A stretch of 32,000 bases of DNA from a cyanobacterium endosymbiont of Epithemia turgida isolate EtSB Lake Yunoko (GTDB lineage Bacteria; Cyanobacteriota; Cyanobacteriia; Cyanobacteriales; Microcystaceae). Both the position numbers and the translations under genes were made by a program. Below the pieces are notes generated by a model, which was not told the DNA's origin, did not search any database, and saw only the letters and a list, made by a program, of their open reading frames with translations. This document shows, one piece after another, positions 17,482 to 29,031 of the stretch (the stretch's first letter is position 1; each line of letters begins with the position of its first letter). Where the stretch lies: the NCBI RefSeq assembly GCF_000829235.1, contig NZ_AP012549.1, forward strand, positions 840,001-872,000, written 5' to 3'.

Positions 17482-20400
17482 ATGAGTCAATCGCCTCTTC
17501 CTCCTGATTCTACGTCAAACTATTTGATTCGTCTGCTAAAAATAGCTAAAAACCCGTATAGTGTCGCGATCGGATTTGCTTCTGTAACCATTATTATCAT
17601 TGGCTACACGGGGTTATGTCTTTTTCTTCAAAAATATCTTCCTCCTTGGTTAGAAAAACAAGTTAGTTACTTGATTAATCGTCCTGTTGATATTGATGAA
17701 CTTCAAGGTTTTTCTCTAACTCGTCTTTATCTAGGATCTACTTCTGTACCACAAACTTCTAAGCATCCTAATCAACTTACGGCTAGTCGTGTTGTTGTTC
17801 ATTTTGATCCCGTTGCTGTTTTATTCAAACGAACTTTAGTGATTAAAGTTGTACCTGAAGATGTTAAAGTTGAGTTACATCAGTATTCTGAAGGAGATTT
17901 ACTTAGGGGAGAGATAACAGATGAAATTATTCCTTTAAAGTTAGACCTTACTTTTGATGTTACAAATGTTGCAATCAATGTCTTTCCTCGAAGTACAAAT
18001 AATCTTCTCGTAACAACTATCAATGGACAAGTAAAGTATAGTGAAGTTACGAAAGCAAAGTGGGATTATGATCTTGATTTAGCCTTGCTCGGTAGTAAAA
18101 TTTTTCTCGAAGGGACAACAGTTATTGATACTAAAGAAAGTTTAGTAAAGTTAGCTGTTTCTAAGTTTGATTTTAGCAGATTAATGCCTCTTATTATTAA
18201 TTCTCCTATTCAATTAGATCAAGGAAATATCGAAGCAGATCTCAATTTTAATTTTCCTTCTCTTGAAAGATTATCTGAAACTAAAGCTAAAGGTGAAGTT
18301 AGCTTAGATAATATTAAGGGAAAAATTAAATCTTTTCAAGAACCTTTTCAAATAGCTGCTAATTTTATTTTTTTAAAAAATAAAATTGTGATTAAAAAAA
18401 CTCAGGTCAATCTAGGCAATATTACTACTAGTTTATCCGGTCAATATGATTGGACTACTGGATTTAATTTAGAAGCTAATATTAGTGGTTTAAGCGGGAA
18501 AAATATTTGGCAAATATCCCAAATTAAATTACCCATAAAAGTTAAGGGAGAATTACAAGCTAAATTGAATTTAATAGGAACATTTAATGCTCCTTTGCTA
18601 AGTGGAAAAATAAAAAATAAACAAATAATAGAAATAGCTCAAACTAAACTTAAGAATATTACTATTGATTTTCAAAGCAATTTGGATAATTTTTTATTAA
18701 AAGATTTATTAATTATCCCTGAAGTCGGGGGGTGGATTACTGCCCAAGGTATAGCTAAACCTAAAATTATTCAATCTCTTATTAATGGTAAGCCAATTGA
18801 TTGGAACGATATTCTTTTTGAATTAGTTTTCAATACTGAACTACCAGGTAAAAAATTAGTTAATGACTATTATAAATTGCCAAGAGAAGTAAAATTAAAT
18901 CCCTTAAAAATACAAGGGAATATAACTGGGAATTTTGCCAATCCCAAAGGTTTAATAGAATGGAATACAGCTGGACGTTTGAACAGAACCAATACTCAAA
19001 TTATCAGTAAAGGTAATATTTTAATAGACAAGAATAATGTATATATTAAAAATATAGAACTAGCAACCCAAAGAGGGAGATTAAGTATAAATGGTAGTGT
19101 AAATCTTGAAAGTAAAAAATGGCAAGCTTACTTAAATTCTACTCTTCTAGATTTAACTCCATTTACTTCAACCATTTGTAGCGTAAAATTAATAAAATGT
19201 CCTGATAATATTTTTCTAAAAACTGCCAAAGTTAAAATACGAGGTAATCTTAATGAACCTTGGAAAAAATCGGTTGATTTATCATCTAATTTAGCCTTAG
19301 TATTAGACGACGGTAATCTTATTATTAATAGTCAGTTACAACAAGCTAAATTTACGACATCAGTAACGGGATTAGAAATACCTTTCAATTTATTATTATC
19401 TAATATTTTTATCCCAGTTACATTAAGAAAATATCAATTAAATTTATCAGGAAATATAGAAGAAATTTTACAGGAATCAACCATTGATGTTAATGCGATT
19501 AAAAGTGATTCTAATTTAGAAGTAGAAATAGCTAAAAGTCCTCTGAATGTCCAAGTGACCTGGCAGAATGGATTTTTTAAAGGAAACGCTGAGCTGAGAT
19601 CTTTATCCCTCAATCAATTTGTCCCTCAGCTAGCTATTCCTGTTCAATTGATTAACAGTAAGATTAACTTCCTAGGTAGTCTACAATCGCTATTATCTTT
19701 GAGTAAAACTCCCAACTTTAATGACTTTCAAGTAAATGCTGACATGCAGTTTAAGCTCGCTGATGGAACTATTACAGCTATTAGTAAATTAAACCAAGAA
19801 CAAATAACTGTTAATGCGATAGCTATCCCTCTATCAGTTCCTAATCTTTTACCACAATTTTTTATTCCTATCAAAGTTAAAAAAATAAATATTAACTTAA
19901 TAGCTAATTTACCTGATTTACTAGCTTTTGATTTAAATACAGTGCAGGGTAGTGGTCAGCTCGAACTCGGAGTTGCTAAAAAAGAAATTACCACATCAAT
20001 TAAATTAATTAATAATAAATGGCAAGCCAATATTATTGCTAATCAACTAAGTTTATCAAGCTGGAAAAATCAATTATCAACGAAAACAATAATTGAACCA
20101 GTTGATGCAGAAATAAACTTATCAGGAACTTTAGAATCGTTATTATCATCTGACTCTATAATTCCTATTGAAGCTAATAATATATCAATAAAAATAGGAC
20201 AACAAAATATAAAAGCTAATGGAAATTTAATACTAACTAATCTTTTCAACAGTCCTGATATTACTTCTATCAATTTAAATGTTGAAACCCAAGCTGATTT
20301 AAAATTTTTACCTATTACAAAATTTTTATCTAAAATTCCTATTTATAAACAGCTTTTACCCCAAGCCATTAATTTAGCAGGAAAAGTAAAATTTAAAGGT

Positions 20401-23400
20401 AATATAGTTGGAAAAAATTTATTAACTTCTTCTATATTTGATGGCAATTTAAAAATAAAAGGAAACTTAATTTTATCAAATTTTGCCTTTAATAAATTAA
20501 ATTTTGAATCAATCTTAAAGGGAGAAATTAATTTAGTAACTGGAAAAAAGATTTCCCTTGATTTACGAGGAAAAAAAGATGTTATTACTGCCATTTTTAC
20601 TTCCTGTTCGCAACAAAACTGTTTGCTCCCTTATATACCACATTTCTTTGAAATCAGCCAAAAATACGAAAATTTATCTCCAATCACTATCAAAGGAAAT
20701 CTTAAAGGTGATCGCTTAGTTGCTAACATTCAAAACTTCCCCTTAGAAGAATTAAAATTGTTCCCAATTAGTGATTATGGTTTAACTGATTGTTTAGGGG
20801 GTAAAGTTAATCTTGATTTAGAAATTGATTCATTAACTTTAACAGGTAGAGGAAAGTTGGATATTATTAATCCTAACTTAGGTGAAGTTTTTGGAGATAA
20901 CTTACAAATTAATTGGGTTTATCAGAATGACTATATAACTTTAACAAATACCACTTTAAAATTAGGACAGAGTAGTTATAATATTGGGGGAGAGATCGCA
21001 TTAAAAACAGGAGAAATTCAAGGAAATTTACGAGTAGATAAAGGTTATGTTCAAGAACTTTTAAATATACTAAAAATTTCTGATTTTGACAGTATTTTAC
21101 GATTTATACAATTTAAAAAAGATTTTTTAACACATTTTAAACAAGTAATTCCTCAACCAGTTGGCAATATTAATACGCTACTTTCAGAGCAGGTCAATCA
21201 GTTGTGGGAAAATGATCAAAAAATCAGTAAAATTGCTATTGAGAAACAAGGTAGCAAATTACCACGAGAATTAGATATTCAAGGTGAATTTAATGGAGAA
21301 ATTTCCTTATCAGGAACTCTTGAAGCTCCAAAAATAACCTTTCAATTTGAAGGAGAAAATTGGGAATGGATATCTCAACTACCAACTTCCTCTATCATTA
21401 ATCCCTTAGGGTTTGTTCTCGAAGATTCTCCAGTAATTTCTCTCGAAAAGTTAGCAATCAAAGGAAATCTAGAAAATGGAATTATTAACATAAATCCAAT
21501 GATTAAACTTAATGAAAGTTTAATTCAAGCTAATCTTAACTTAACTTATGACAACAATCAGTTTGACTTACAACCTTCAACTTTCAGTCTTAACAATCTA
21601 ACTTTAGAAACAGTACGTAACTTAATAGCTATTCCTGGGGATATTAATGGTAGTATTGATATAGCAGGAAACCTCACTGGAAGTTTAATCAAACCAGAAA
21701 TTAATGGGATATTTTCTTTAGAAAAAGTAGTTATTAATGCTCGATTACTTAGACAAAGTTTTCAAGGTAATTTTACTTATAGTAATGCACAATTAGAACT
21801 ACAAATAGATAAGCCAGATTTTATTCAAGCTTATGCTCATCTTCCCTTACCTATTAAGATCAATAATGACAATCGATTTAAAATTAATGTTCTACTAGGA
21901 ACTGAAGCATTTTCTCTATTAGAAATTTTAACTCAAGAACAAGTAAGTTGGGTTGAAGGGAAGGGAAAAATAGATATTGATCTGAGTGGTAAAATTACTG
22001 TTAACAATGAAGTAAAAGTCAGTTTTGATCCTAATAGTCAGTCAATTTTAGATTTTAACTCAATAATATTTAAAAGTTATTTATTGCCAGACACTTTAAC
22101 TCTGAATGGAAAAATAGCTATACAAAATAGAAAAATAGAAATAAATGAATTGATAGGTAAAATTGGAGAAATAACTGTTAATACTACCGGAGTACTACCA
22201 TTGTTTTATTCATCGCTTGAGGATACTGATAGTGCCATTCCTTTAAGCGTTACTTTAAACACAAATAAGATCAACTCTAATAATTTATACCAAGGAATTA
22301 CTAATGCCTTAATAAACATTAAGGGAACAGTTTTTAGCCCTGTCATTGAAGGAGAAATACAGTTAAATCAAGGTAAGTTTATAGTTCCTAATTTTATTTT
22401 TAATTTTTCTAAAAAAACAGAATCACTAATTTTAGAACAGTGGATAAGAAGAATTAGTTACCTGGAAGAAGTTGTTATTCTTCCAAAATTTAATGACTTT
22501 AGAGTTTCAATTAAAGAAGTGGCAGTTGAGCAGAAAAATATTAGCCCCAAGTTTGTTTTCAACGTTAGTGGAAATTTAAGTTTAAGCGGTCAATTAACTA
22601 GTTTTTCTTTGCCCGGATTACTTGCTTTAAAACCGTCAGGAAAAGTTTACATCAATAGTGGAAAAGTGGATATTCCTGTTACTCGTGTTTTTATCCCTCG
22701 TCAATCTAATAATACTATCACCTTTTTACCACAGAAAGGGTTATTGAATCCTTATATTGATCTAGAATTTAAACTTTATATATTGAATATTGCTTTAAGG
22801 GCAATTAATCTTAATGAAGTAGCTGATGATATTGTCCAAAGTGGTCGTTCCCAATCAGTAGAAATTACCCTAGGAATAAAAGGAGATGCCAACCAATTAC
22901 TTCCTAATCTTGGTGCCAAATTAGAAGAAGTTTGTAAACTACGGCTAGATCATTATCGTCCTATTCCCCAAACTTCAGCAATTGATCCTAATAAATTAAG
23001 ACAATTAGCTAACTGTATCAAGATCAATAATTTAGGAACCAATTCAATTCAAGACTTACTCCAATCTCCCATTGTTTCTTTTTCTAGTAGTCCTCGTTTA
23101 AGTAGGAGTGAGTTTCTAACGCTTTTGGGGACACAACTTCCTAATTTAGTCGAACAATTACAACAACAAAATTCAGCCCAATTAGTGGAAGCAGGACTAC
23201 CTCAAGTGGCAGTGGTCTTGTTTCCCTTCTTACAAGATTGGCTTTTTGACCTTAATGAAACAACGAATCAAGTGGGAAAAGAATGGGACATAGGAAATTT
23301 GCGCTTATATCCAGTCTTAGAAAAAGTTTATGAACTTGAAGATAATTCACTGATTCGTTTTTCCTATGATTATTCATTTAATGAGGTAATCATCCGTTAT

Positions 23401-23415
23401 GAGAATAAATTTTAA
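17482..23415 (+). CDS. tamB: TamB/AsmA-like giant envelope protein (cyanobacterial homologue of plant TIC236; DUF490-type C-terminus)
   Basis: 1977-aa uninterrupted ORF with one N-terminal TM anchor (YSVAIGFASVTIIIIGYTGLCLFL). It then consists of very long, repetitive beta-rich segments (..L.G.L..P...G.I). The C-terminal part (VDIPVTRVFIP...ITFLPQKGLLNPYIDLEF...VEITLGIKGDANQ...IVSFSSSPRLSRSEFLTLL...LRLYPVLEKVYELEDNSLIRFSYDY) resembles the TamB C-terminal domain. Confidence 0.75.
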   Translation: MSQSPLPPDSTSNYLIRLLKIAKNPYSVAIGFASVTIIIIGYTGLCLFLQKYLPPWLEKQVSYLINRPVDIDELQGFSLTRLYLGSTSVPQTSKHPNQLTASRVVVHFDPVAVLFKRTLVIKVVPEDVKVELHQYSEGDLLRGEITDEIIPLKLDLTFDVTNVAINVFPRSTNNLLVTTINGQVKYSEVTKAKWDYDLDLALLGSKIFLEGTTVIDTKESLVKLAVSKFDFSRLMPLIINSPIQLDQGNIEADLNFNFPSLERLSETKAKGEVSLDNIKGKIKSFQEPFQIAANFIFLKNKIVIKKTQVNLGNITTSLSGQYDWTTGFNLEANISGLSGKNIWQISQIKLPIKVKGELQAKLNLIGTFNAPLLSGKIKNKQIIEIAQTKLKNITIDFQSNLDNFLLKDLLIIPEVGGWITAQGIAKPKIIQSLINGKPIDWNDILFELVFNTELPGKKLVNDYYKLPREVKLNPLKIQGNITGNFANPKGLIEWNTAGRLNRTNTQIISKGNILIDKNNVYIKNIELATQRGRLSINGSVNLESKKWQAYLNSTLLDLTPFTSTICSVKLIKCPDNIFLKTAKVKIRGNLNEPWKKSVDLSSNLALVLDDGNLIINSQLQQAKFTTSVTGLEIPFNLLLSNIFIPVTLRKYQLNLSGNIEEILQESTIDVNAIKSDSNLEVEIAKSPLNVQVTWQNGFFKGNAELRSLSLNQFVPQLAIPVQLINSKINFLGSLQSLLSLSKTPNFNDFQVNADMQFKLADGTITAISKLNQEQITVNAIAIPLSVPNLLPQFFIPIKVKKININLIANLPDLLAFDLNTVQGSGQLELGVAKKEITTSIKLINNKWQANIIANQLSLSSWKNQLSTKTIIEPVDAEINLSGTLESLLSSDSIIPIEANNISIKIGQQNIKANGNLILTNLFNSPDITSINLNVETQADLKFLPITKFLSKIPIYKQLLPQAINLAGKVKFKGNIVGKNLLTSSIFDGNLKIKGNLILSNFAFNKLNFESILKGEINLVTGKKISLDLRGKKDVITAIFTSCSQQNCLLPYIPHFFEISQKYENLSPITIKGNLKGDRLVANIQNFPLEELKLFPISDYGLTDCLGGKVNLDLEIDSLTLTGRGKLDIINPNLGEVFGDNLQINWVYQNDYITLTNTTLKLGQSSYNIGGEIALKTGEIQGNLRVDKGYVQELLNILKISDFDSILRFIQFKKDFLTHFKQVIPQPVGNINTLLSEQVNQLWENDQKISKIAIEKQGSKLPRELDIQGEFNGEISLSGTLEAPKITFQFEGENWEWISQLPTSSIINPLGFVLEDSPVISLEKLAIKGNLENGIININPMIKLNESLIQANLNLTYDNNQFDLQPSTFSLNNLTLETVRNLIAIPGDINGSIDIAGNLTGSLIKPEINGIFSLEKVVINARLLRQSFQGNFTYSNAQLELQIDKPDFIQAYAHLPLPIKINNDNRFKINVLLGTEAFSLLEILTQEQVSWVEGKGKIDIDLSGKITVNNEVKVSFDPNSQSILDFNSIIFKSYLLPDTLTLNGKIAIQNRKIEINELIGKIGEITVNTTGVLPLFYSSLEDTDSAIPLSVTLNTNKINSNNLYQGITNALINIKGTVFSPVIEGEIQLNQGKFIVPNFIFNFSKKTESLILEQWIRRISYLEEVVILPKFNDFRVSIKEVAVEQKNISPKFVFNVSGNLSLSGQLTSFSLPGLLALKPSGKVYINSGKVDIPVTRVFIPRQSNNTITFLPQKGLLNPYIDLEFKLYILNIALRAINLNEVADDIVQSGRSQSVEITLGIKGDANQLLPNLGAKLEEVCKLRLDHYRPIPQTSAIDPNKLRQLANCIKINNLGTNSIQDLLQSPIVSFSSSPRLSRSEFLTLLGTQLPNLVEQLQQQNSAQLVEAGLPQVAVVLFPFLQDWLFDLNETTNQVGKEWDIGNLRLYPVLEKVYELEDNSLIRFSYDYSFNEVIIRYENKF

Positions 23416-23915
23416 TACAATTTAAAACTCAGATCGTGTGTGTCGTCAAACATCCACTTCTTTCAGCCAAAAACAGAAAATAGGTGATAGTGAATAGTTA
23501 TAAAAATTAATAATCTCTCCATCACTAATTTAAAGTGAGTTCGGCTAGCTCTAAAAACACAGTCATTATTCTCAATATTTTGAGCTGAAATATAACGAGG
23601 TTGACGAACATCCTAAATAGCAACTATTAACAATTGTTTAAGAACAGCAAAAGTAAAAGCTAACTTATATTTTAATTCTAAATTATGGAAAAGTTTTTTT
23701 AAAATAAATGAGTATAAGTAATAATTTTAACTAGAAAGTTAATAATAAAAAATACAAATACTTTTGTTTAATTTTTAAAATATTTTAAGTTAGTTGCTAA
23801 CTATTTCAATTTTAAAAAGCCTACGAAGTAAAATTAAATCAATCTAAAATTTTGTTAAACTTACGTTTTGTTTCTTGAGGTTTTTTCTTGCTAGAATAAA
23901 GTTTCAGTTCAATAA

Positions 23916-23958
23916 GTTTTGAAACTCCCGACTTGTAAAAGGTCAGGGTTTCCAAAAC
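23916..23958 (-). terminator. Candidate dnaK terminator: long imperfect hairpin
   Basis: The arms gttttgaaactcccgac and gtcagggtttccaaaac give about 15 bp with two bulges and a 9-nt loop. The hairpin begins 21 nt downstream of the dnaK stop on the minus strand. Confidence 0.45.
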
Positions 23959-23979
23959 TTGAACTAGGCGAGAAGTGAA

Positions 23980-25893
23980 TTATTTAGTTTCTGAAAATTC
24001 AGCATCAATTACATCATCGCCACCCTCGGAAGAACCCCTGGAACCTTTACCACCTCCAGGTGTTGCGCCTTCAGGAGAAGTTGGTCCACCAGCTTGTTGA
24101 TAGACACTAGTACCAATACTATAGAGAAGTTGCTGTAAATTTGGCATAACGGTTTTGATGGTGTCTTCATCTTCTTTGTTGATAGCTTCTCTGAGTTGAC
24201 TAATTAATCCTTCAGCCTTAGTTTTATCAGCTGCAGGGATTTTATCGCCCAACTCTTTGAGTTGTTTATCGGCTTGATAGACTAAAGAGTCAGCCTCATT
24301 TTTGCAGTCAATTTTCTCTCGACGCTCCTTGTCAGCTGCAGCATTTACTTCAGCTTCTTGGATCATGCGATCAACTTCTGTATCAGCTAAGGTAGAAGCC
24401 CCAGTAATGCTAATAGACTGTTCTTTACCTGTTCCTTTATCTTTTGCGGTTACATTAAGAATACCGTCCGCATTAATATCAAAAGTAACTTCAATTTGAG
24501 GAACACCACGGGGTGCAGGAGGAATACCATCAAGACGAAAAGTTCCTAAACTTTTGTTATCTCGCGACATTTCCCGTTCTCCTTGAAGAACGCTAATCTC
24601 TACATTTGCTTGTCCATCTTGTGCGGTGGAAAATACCTCAGATTTTTTGGTGGGGATAGTAGTGTTACGGGGGATAATTTTGGTCATGACACCACCAAGG
24701 GTTTCTACCCCAAGAGATAAGGGTGTTACGTCAAGGAGCAGAATGTCTTTAACGTCTCCAGCTAAGACCCCCCCTTGAATTGCTGCACCTACAGCAACCA
24801 CTTCATCTGGGTTAACTCCTTGGTTGGGGTCTTTTCCTAAAATTTTTTTAACTAATTCTTGTACAGCAGGAATGCGAGTAGACCCACCCACTAAAACAAC
24901 TTCGTCAATATCACTATTACTGACTTTAGCATCCTTCATGGAGTTTTTTACAGGAATCCCACAACGATCAATTAAGTCAGAACAGAGGTCTTCAAATTTA
25001 GCTCGTGTTAAAGTTGTATCAAGATGTTTGGGTCCTTCTTGAGTAGCTGTGATAAAAGGAAGGTTAATTTCGGACTGAGTAACGCCAGATAGTTCAATTT
25101 TTGCTTTCTCTGCGGCTTCTGTCAGACGTTGTAGAGCTTGTTTATCTTGTCTTAAGTCTACTCCTTCTTTTGCCTTGAATTCTGCAGCTAAGTAGTCCAC
25201 AATTTTTTTGTCAAAATCGTCTCCTCCTAGATGGGTATCTCCAGAAGTGGCTAGTACTTCAAAAACACCATCACCGACTTCTAGAATGGAAACGTCAAAT
25301 GTTCCTCCCCCTAAATCAAATACCAAAATAGTTTCGTTACTTTTTTTATCTAACCCGTAAGCCAAAGATGCTGCAGTAGGTTCGTTGATAATACGTTTTA
25401 CTTCAATTCCAGCAATTTTTCCCGCATCTTTGGTCGCTTGACGCTGAGAGTCGTTAAAGTATGCGGGAACGGTGATAACTGCTTCTGTAACTGTTTCTCC
25501 TAAATATTTACTCGCATCGTCGACTAATTTACGGAGAACTTGGGCAGAAATTTCCTCAGGGGCAAATTGTTTGCCTTGCGATGGAGAATCTAATTTAATG
25601 TTACCATTGCTGTCTTTATCAACTTTGTAGGAGACTTCAGTGGTTTCAGTTTTGACTTCGCTGTATTTACTTCCGATGAAGCGTTTAACGGAATAAAATG
25701 TATTTTCGGGGTTCATCACCGCTTGACGTTTAGCAATTTGTCCTACTAAGCGCTCACCATTCTTGGTATAAGCTACCACTGAGGGGGTGGTCCGAAACCC
25801 TTCAGCATTGGCAATGACAGTAGGTTTTCCTCCTTCCATAACCGCCACGCACGAGTTAGTAGTTCCTAAGTCAATTCCAACAATTTTTCCCAT
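23980..25893 (-). CDS. dnaK: Molecular chaperone DnaK (Hsp70), DnaK2-like
   Basis: The protein starts [42 protein letters not shown] and carries the full Hsp70 motifs ([25 protein letters not shown]). The true start is the ATG at 25893. The 70-codon upstream extension in the ORF track (to 26103) is Cys/Arg/Tyr-rich junk. Confidence 0.96.
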   Translation of the reverse strand: MGKIVGIDLGTTNSCVAVMEGGKPTVIANAEGFRTTPSVVAYTKNGERLVGQIAKRQAVMNPENTFYSVKRFIGSKYSEVKTETTEVSYKVDKDSNGNIKLDSPSQGKQFAPEEISAQVLRKLVDDASKYLGETVTEAVITVPAYFNDSQRQATKDAGKIAGIEVKRIINEPTAASLAYGLDKKSNETILVFDLGGGTFDVSILEVGDGVFEVLATSGDTHLGGDDFDKKIVDYLAAEFKAKEGVDLRQDKQALQRLTEAAEKAKIELSGVTQSEINLPFITATQEGPKHLDTTLTRAKFEDLCSDLIDRCGIPVKNSMKDAKVSNSDIDEVVLVGGSTRIPAVQELVKKILGKDPNQGVNPDEVVAVGAAIQGGVLAGDVKDILLLDVTPLSLGVETLGGVMTKIIPRNTTIPTKKSEVFSTAQDGQANVEISVLQGEREMSRDNKSLGTFRLDGIPPAPRGVPQIEVTFDINADGILNVTAKDKGTGKEQSISITGASTLADTEVDRMIQEAEVNAAADKERREKIDCKNEADSLVYQADKQLKELGDKIPAADKTKAEGLISQLREAINKEDEDTIKTVMPNLQQLLYSIGTSVYQQAGGPTSPEGATPGGGKGSRGSSEGGDDVIDAEFSETK

Positions 25894-26182
25894 ATTAAAC
25901 GCAACTCCAAGATAACTATAAAAATGAACTGATACTGAACTTGAATAAAAACCATATAATATTTTAGGGATTATCTTAGGTAAGTTCAGCCACCTATATC
26001 TATAGTGACGGCAGTGGGTCAGTCTTCGGTAGTGTAGTTTTCCGAACCTAATATGACGGGTGGAAAAACAGGCAAAAAGACAAAGACAAAGGTAAAAGGT
26101 CAAGTCAACTTGGTATAAAAAGTATTTAATTCACGCAATTTATTTCTATAATGAATAAGAAATAACACTATTATCTTGAAAT

Positions 26183-26221
26183 ACAGCTAAACAAAAAAAT
26201 TACATTTTTTTGTTTAGCTGT
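26183..26221. repeat. Perfect 17-bp stem / 5-nt loop hairpin
   Basis: The sequence is acagctaaacaaaaaaa-ttaca-tttttttgtttagctgt with exactly complementary arms. It lies about 290 nt upstream of the dnaK start codon. Confidence 0.9.
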
Positions 26222-27625
26222 AGCACTAACTTGATGATTATCTTAAAGACTTTGTAATAAAAATAGATAAGATTCCCGGATATATCAGTAATCTTTATTA
26301 GTTAACTTAATTTCATTATTAATATTTTGTACTGTTTCTTGGTGAAAATATACAATACTTTTATTAGCTAATAGCTCATTATGCTACATCTTATAATTAT
26401 GATTAATAGATCATAAAATACTAAAAATTTATTATATTCTAATATTCAGAGCTTATTTGTTTTAGTTAATTATCTTAAATCTCTCTTTTCATGAAAATAT
26501 TTGAAAGTAATAGTTAGGTTTCATTCGTATATTGGTAAAAATTTACTTTTTATTCTTTAATATTCTTAATTTAAAGAACGATATACCTACTATTGTAGTA
26601 CATATAGTTGCCATATGTTTCTATAAATATACATAGTATTTAACCAATAAATCAGTTCTTTTCTTTAATTTAAAATTTGATAATTTTCGTAAAGTTAAGG
26701 CTTTTATACGAATGTCTATAATCTCTATTGCAACTACTCTTTTAAAGAAGAATCTAACAAATATTTTCTGGTGTTTTCTGCGTATAAAATTTTTTCATAA
26801 TTTTATACTCCACTATTGTCTGTATAGTAAAACTTATTTAGATATACCTACATTTTTAGATCAATGTTGATCAACTAAATTCAGCTATTTGGTATTTACT
26901 CTGAGAATTTAATTCTATAAGTTTTTTAGTTAGTAATTTGATAAATCAGTGGATACATTACTATCCAAAGTCATGGAATACCATAGCAGTTGGTATTTTT
27001 TTATGTAACTCGAACCTTTTTTATAATTCACTTGAATTGTACTCTAACTTCATTCAAACATTTAACTGGCTATTGTTTTCTAGGGTTTTAAGTTTTCGAA
27101 GTAAATATTAAATACTTTCTGATTGAAAAAGCTTTCTTTAAAATCTAAAAACTCAAGGCAATAACTAATGCTCAGGTGTATGAAGCTTTATAGATAGAAG
27201 TTATTGATCTTCCTTATCTTTCGATCAAAAGCTCGCCCTTAAAATCTCTGATCCTTTCTGCTCAAAATCAGGATATCTATACAAAGGGAACAAATCTCGA
27301 TTATCGACTCATCTCAACCTGAGAATCTATCCGGTGTTTAGAGTATTTCGAGCAATTGACCATTAGAATTATGATACTAGTACCTTTTTGAAAATATCGA
27401 GAAATTTGGGGAACTCTCTAGATACATCCCTGTTAACCTCCTTGTACTTGGAATTACTCCGGAGGTGATTGATTATCGTTTTCAGGGGATTTGTTTAGAT
27501 ATCAGTTTTTGTTAAGTCTTCTTAAGACAAAGATTAAATTTTACTCATGGTAACTTTTAGGGTTATTTTGATGATTATATATTAATAATAACTAAAATAA
27601 CCCCCTTATCGGCCAACTTTAACCA

Positions 27626-28873
27626 GTGACTATTTTTAATACCTTTAAGTCTCTTGACCAAGATAAACGACGTAACCTTTCATTTTTATTTAGTATAGAC
27701 TTACTATTTTGGACTAATTTGACAAGTTTTCTTCCCACTTTACCTATTTACATTGAAGATATTGGGGGGACAACGACTCAAGTTGGATTAGTCATGGGAA
27801 GTTTTGCTATTGGGTTAATTTGTTCTCGCACTGGGTTAGGATACTTAGCTGATGGGTATAGTCGTAAATTGGTGGTTCGCATTGGTATGTTAGTTGCCAC
27901 ACTTGCTCCTATCGGTTATCTTCTAGTTCAGTCTGTTTGGCCACTGATGGCTATTCGTACTTTTCATGGCATCAGTTTAGCTGCTTTTACCACCGGTTAT
28001 AGTACTTTGGTCATAGATTTATCTCCTATCAAACAGCGAGGGCAATTCATAGGTTATATGAATTTAGGAGCTCCAATTGGTATGGCAATTGGTCCAGCTA
28101 TGGGTACTTTTTTAAAGGAGTCTCAGGGATACCAATCGTTCTTTTTAACAACTGTTGGCATCGGATTTTGGGGTTATCTACTCGCTTCTCAGATTCGGGA
28201 AAAACCCCGTAATCGTGACATAAACGTAAACTCAACGATATTTGATGTACCTCCTCGAAATTTTAGACAATTGTTAAGTAGTCCCTCGATTTTGGTTCCG
28301 GCTCTCATTCTATTATTGATTGGATTAGTCTTCGGGACATTAGTGGCTTTTTTACCGTTATTTTTACGGAGAACTGCCTTGGGATTAAGTGCCGGATTGT
28401 TTTACACTACCGTTGCCGTTGCGAGTTTCATTATGCGGGTTGTTTCGGGACAAATGTCTGATCGCTATGGTAGAGGACTATTTATTACTGTTAGTCTTGT
28501 TTGTTACGCAATTTCTATGGGTTTGTTAACCCAAGCTCACAGTGCCAGAGACTTACTCCTAGGAGCCATTTTTGAAGGAATGGGGGCGGGAATGCTAATT
28601 CCCACGATGATTGTACTTATTTCTGAGCGGTCTTCTCCTTCTGAACGGGTTCGAGTTTATTCGGTATGTATGGGAGGATTTGACTTAGGACTAGCCATAG
28701 CTGGTATAGTTTTGGGAATTTTAGAACAAATGATAAGTTATCGTTCCATGTTTGCTTTAGCTGGTAGTTTGGCTACCATTGCCATGATAATATTTATGAG
28801 TCAGTCCAATAAAAGTCTCAAACATTCCCTAAGTTTTGCTTTAGGACAGGGAAAGGATTTATATTCTCGGTAA
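27626..28873 (+). CDS. Major facilitator superfamily (MFS) transporter, substrate unknown
   Basis: 415 aa with about 12 predicted TM helices and an MFS loop 2-3 motif (GYLADGYSRKLVVRIG; second half GQMSDRYGRG). The start is GTG, and the first in-frame ATG lies well inside TM2. Confidence 0.85.
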   Translation: MTIFNTFKSLDQDKRRNLSFLFSIDLLFWTNLTSFLPTLPIYIEDIGGTTTQVGLVMGSFAIGLICSRTGLGYLADGYSRKLVVRIGMLVATLAPIGYLLVQSVWPLMAIRTFHGISLAAFTTGYSTLVIDLSPIKQRGQFIGYMNLGAPIGMAIGPAMGTFLKESQGYQSFFLTTVGIGFWGYLLASQIREKPRNRDINVNSTIFDVPPRNFRQLLSSPSILVPALILLLIGLVFGTLVAFLPLFLRRTALGLSAGLFYTTVAVASFIMRVVSGQMSDRYGRGLFITVSLVCYAISMGLLTQAHSARDLLLGAIFEGMGAGMLIPTMIVLISERSSPSERVRVYSVCMGGFDLGLAIAGIVLGILEQMISYRSMFALAGSLATIAMIIFMSQSNKSLKHSLSFALGQGKDLYSR

Positions 28874-29031
28874 AAGAATTAGGCTGAATAATTAATCCCA
28901 TTAATTTTTTCTAGAGATTAATTTTAAAATGTATAGCTTTAAGATCGGTTTTTTCTCTACACACTAATGTAATTAAATGTTAATTTAGGGTATATTTAAT
29001 CTATTTAACTTAATTAAATCTCTTTATCTGA

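Noticed and set aside
20070-20594. Minus-strand ORFs inside the TamB-like gene
   Set aside because: They are antisense shadows in AT-rich coding sequence.
17482-23415. The giant ORF as an adhesin, RTX toxin or polymorphic-toxin system
   Set aside because: It has no signal-peptide plus repeat-array architecture, no Ca-binding nonapeptides and no C-terminal toxin or immunity pair. The single N-terminal anchor and the TamB-like C-terminus fit the AsmA/TamB family better.
24302-25042. Plus-strand ORFs inside dnaK
   Set aside because: They are antisense shadows of a highly conserved gene.
25894-26103. 70-codon N-terminal extension of dnaK in the ORF track ([20 protein letters not shown]...)
   Set aside because: Its composition is not protein-like (Cys/Arg/Tyr/His-rich). 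The canonical Hsp70 N-terminus [14 protein letters not shown] begins at the internal ATG 25893. The extension is simply open upstream sequence.
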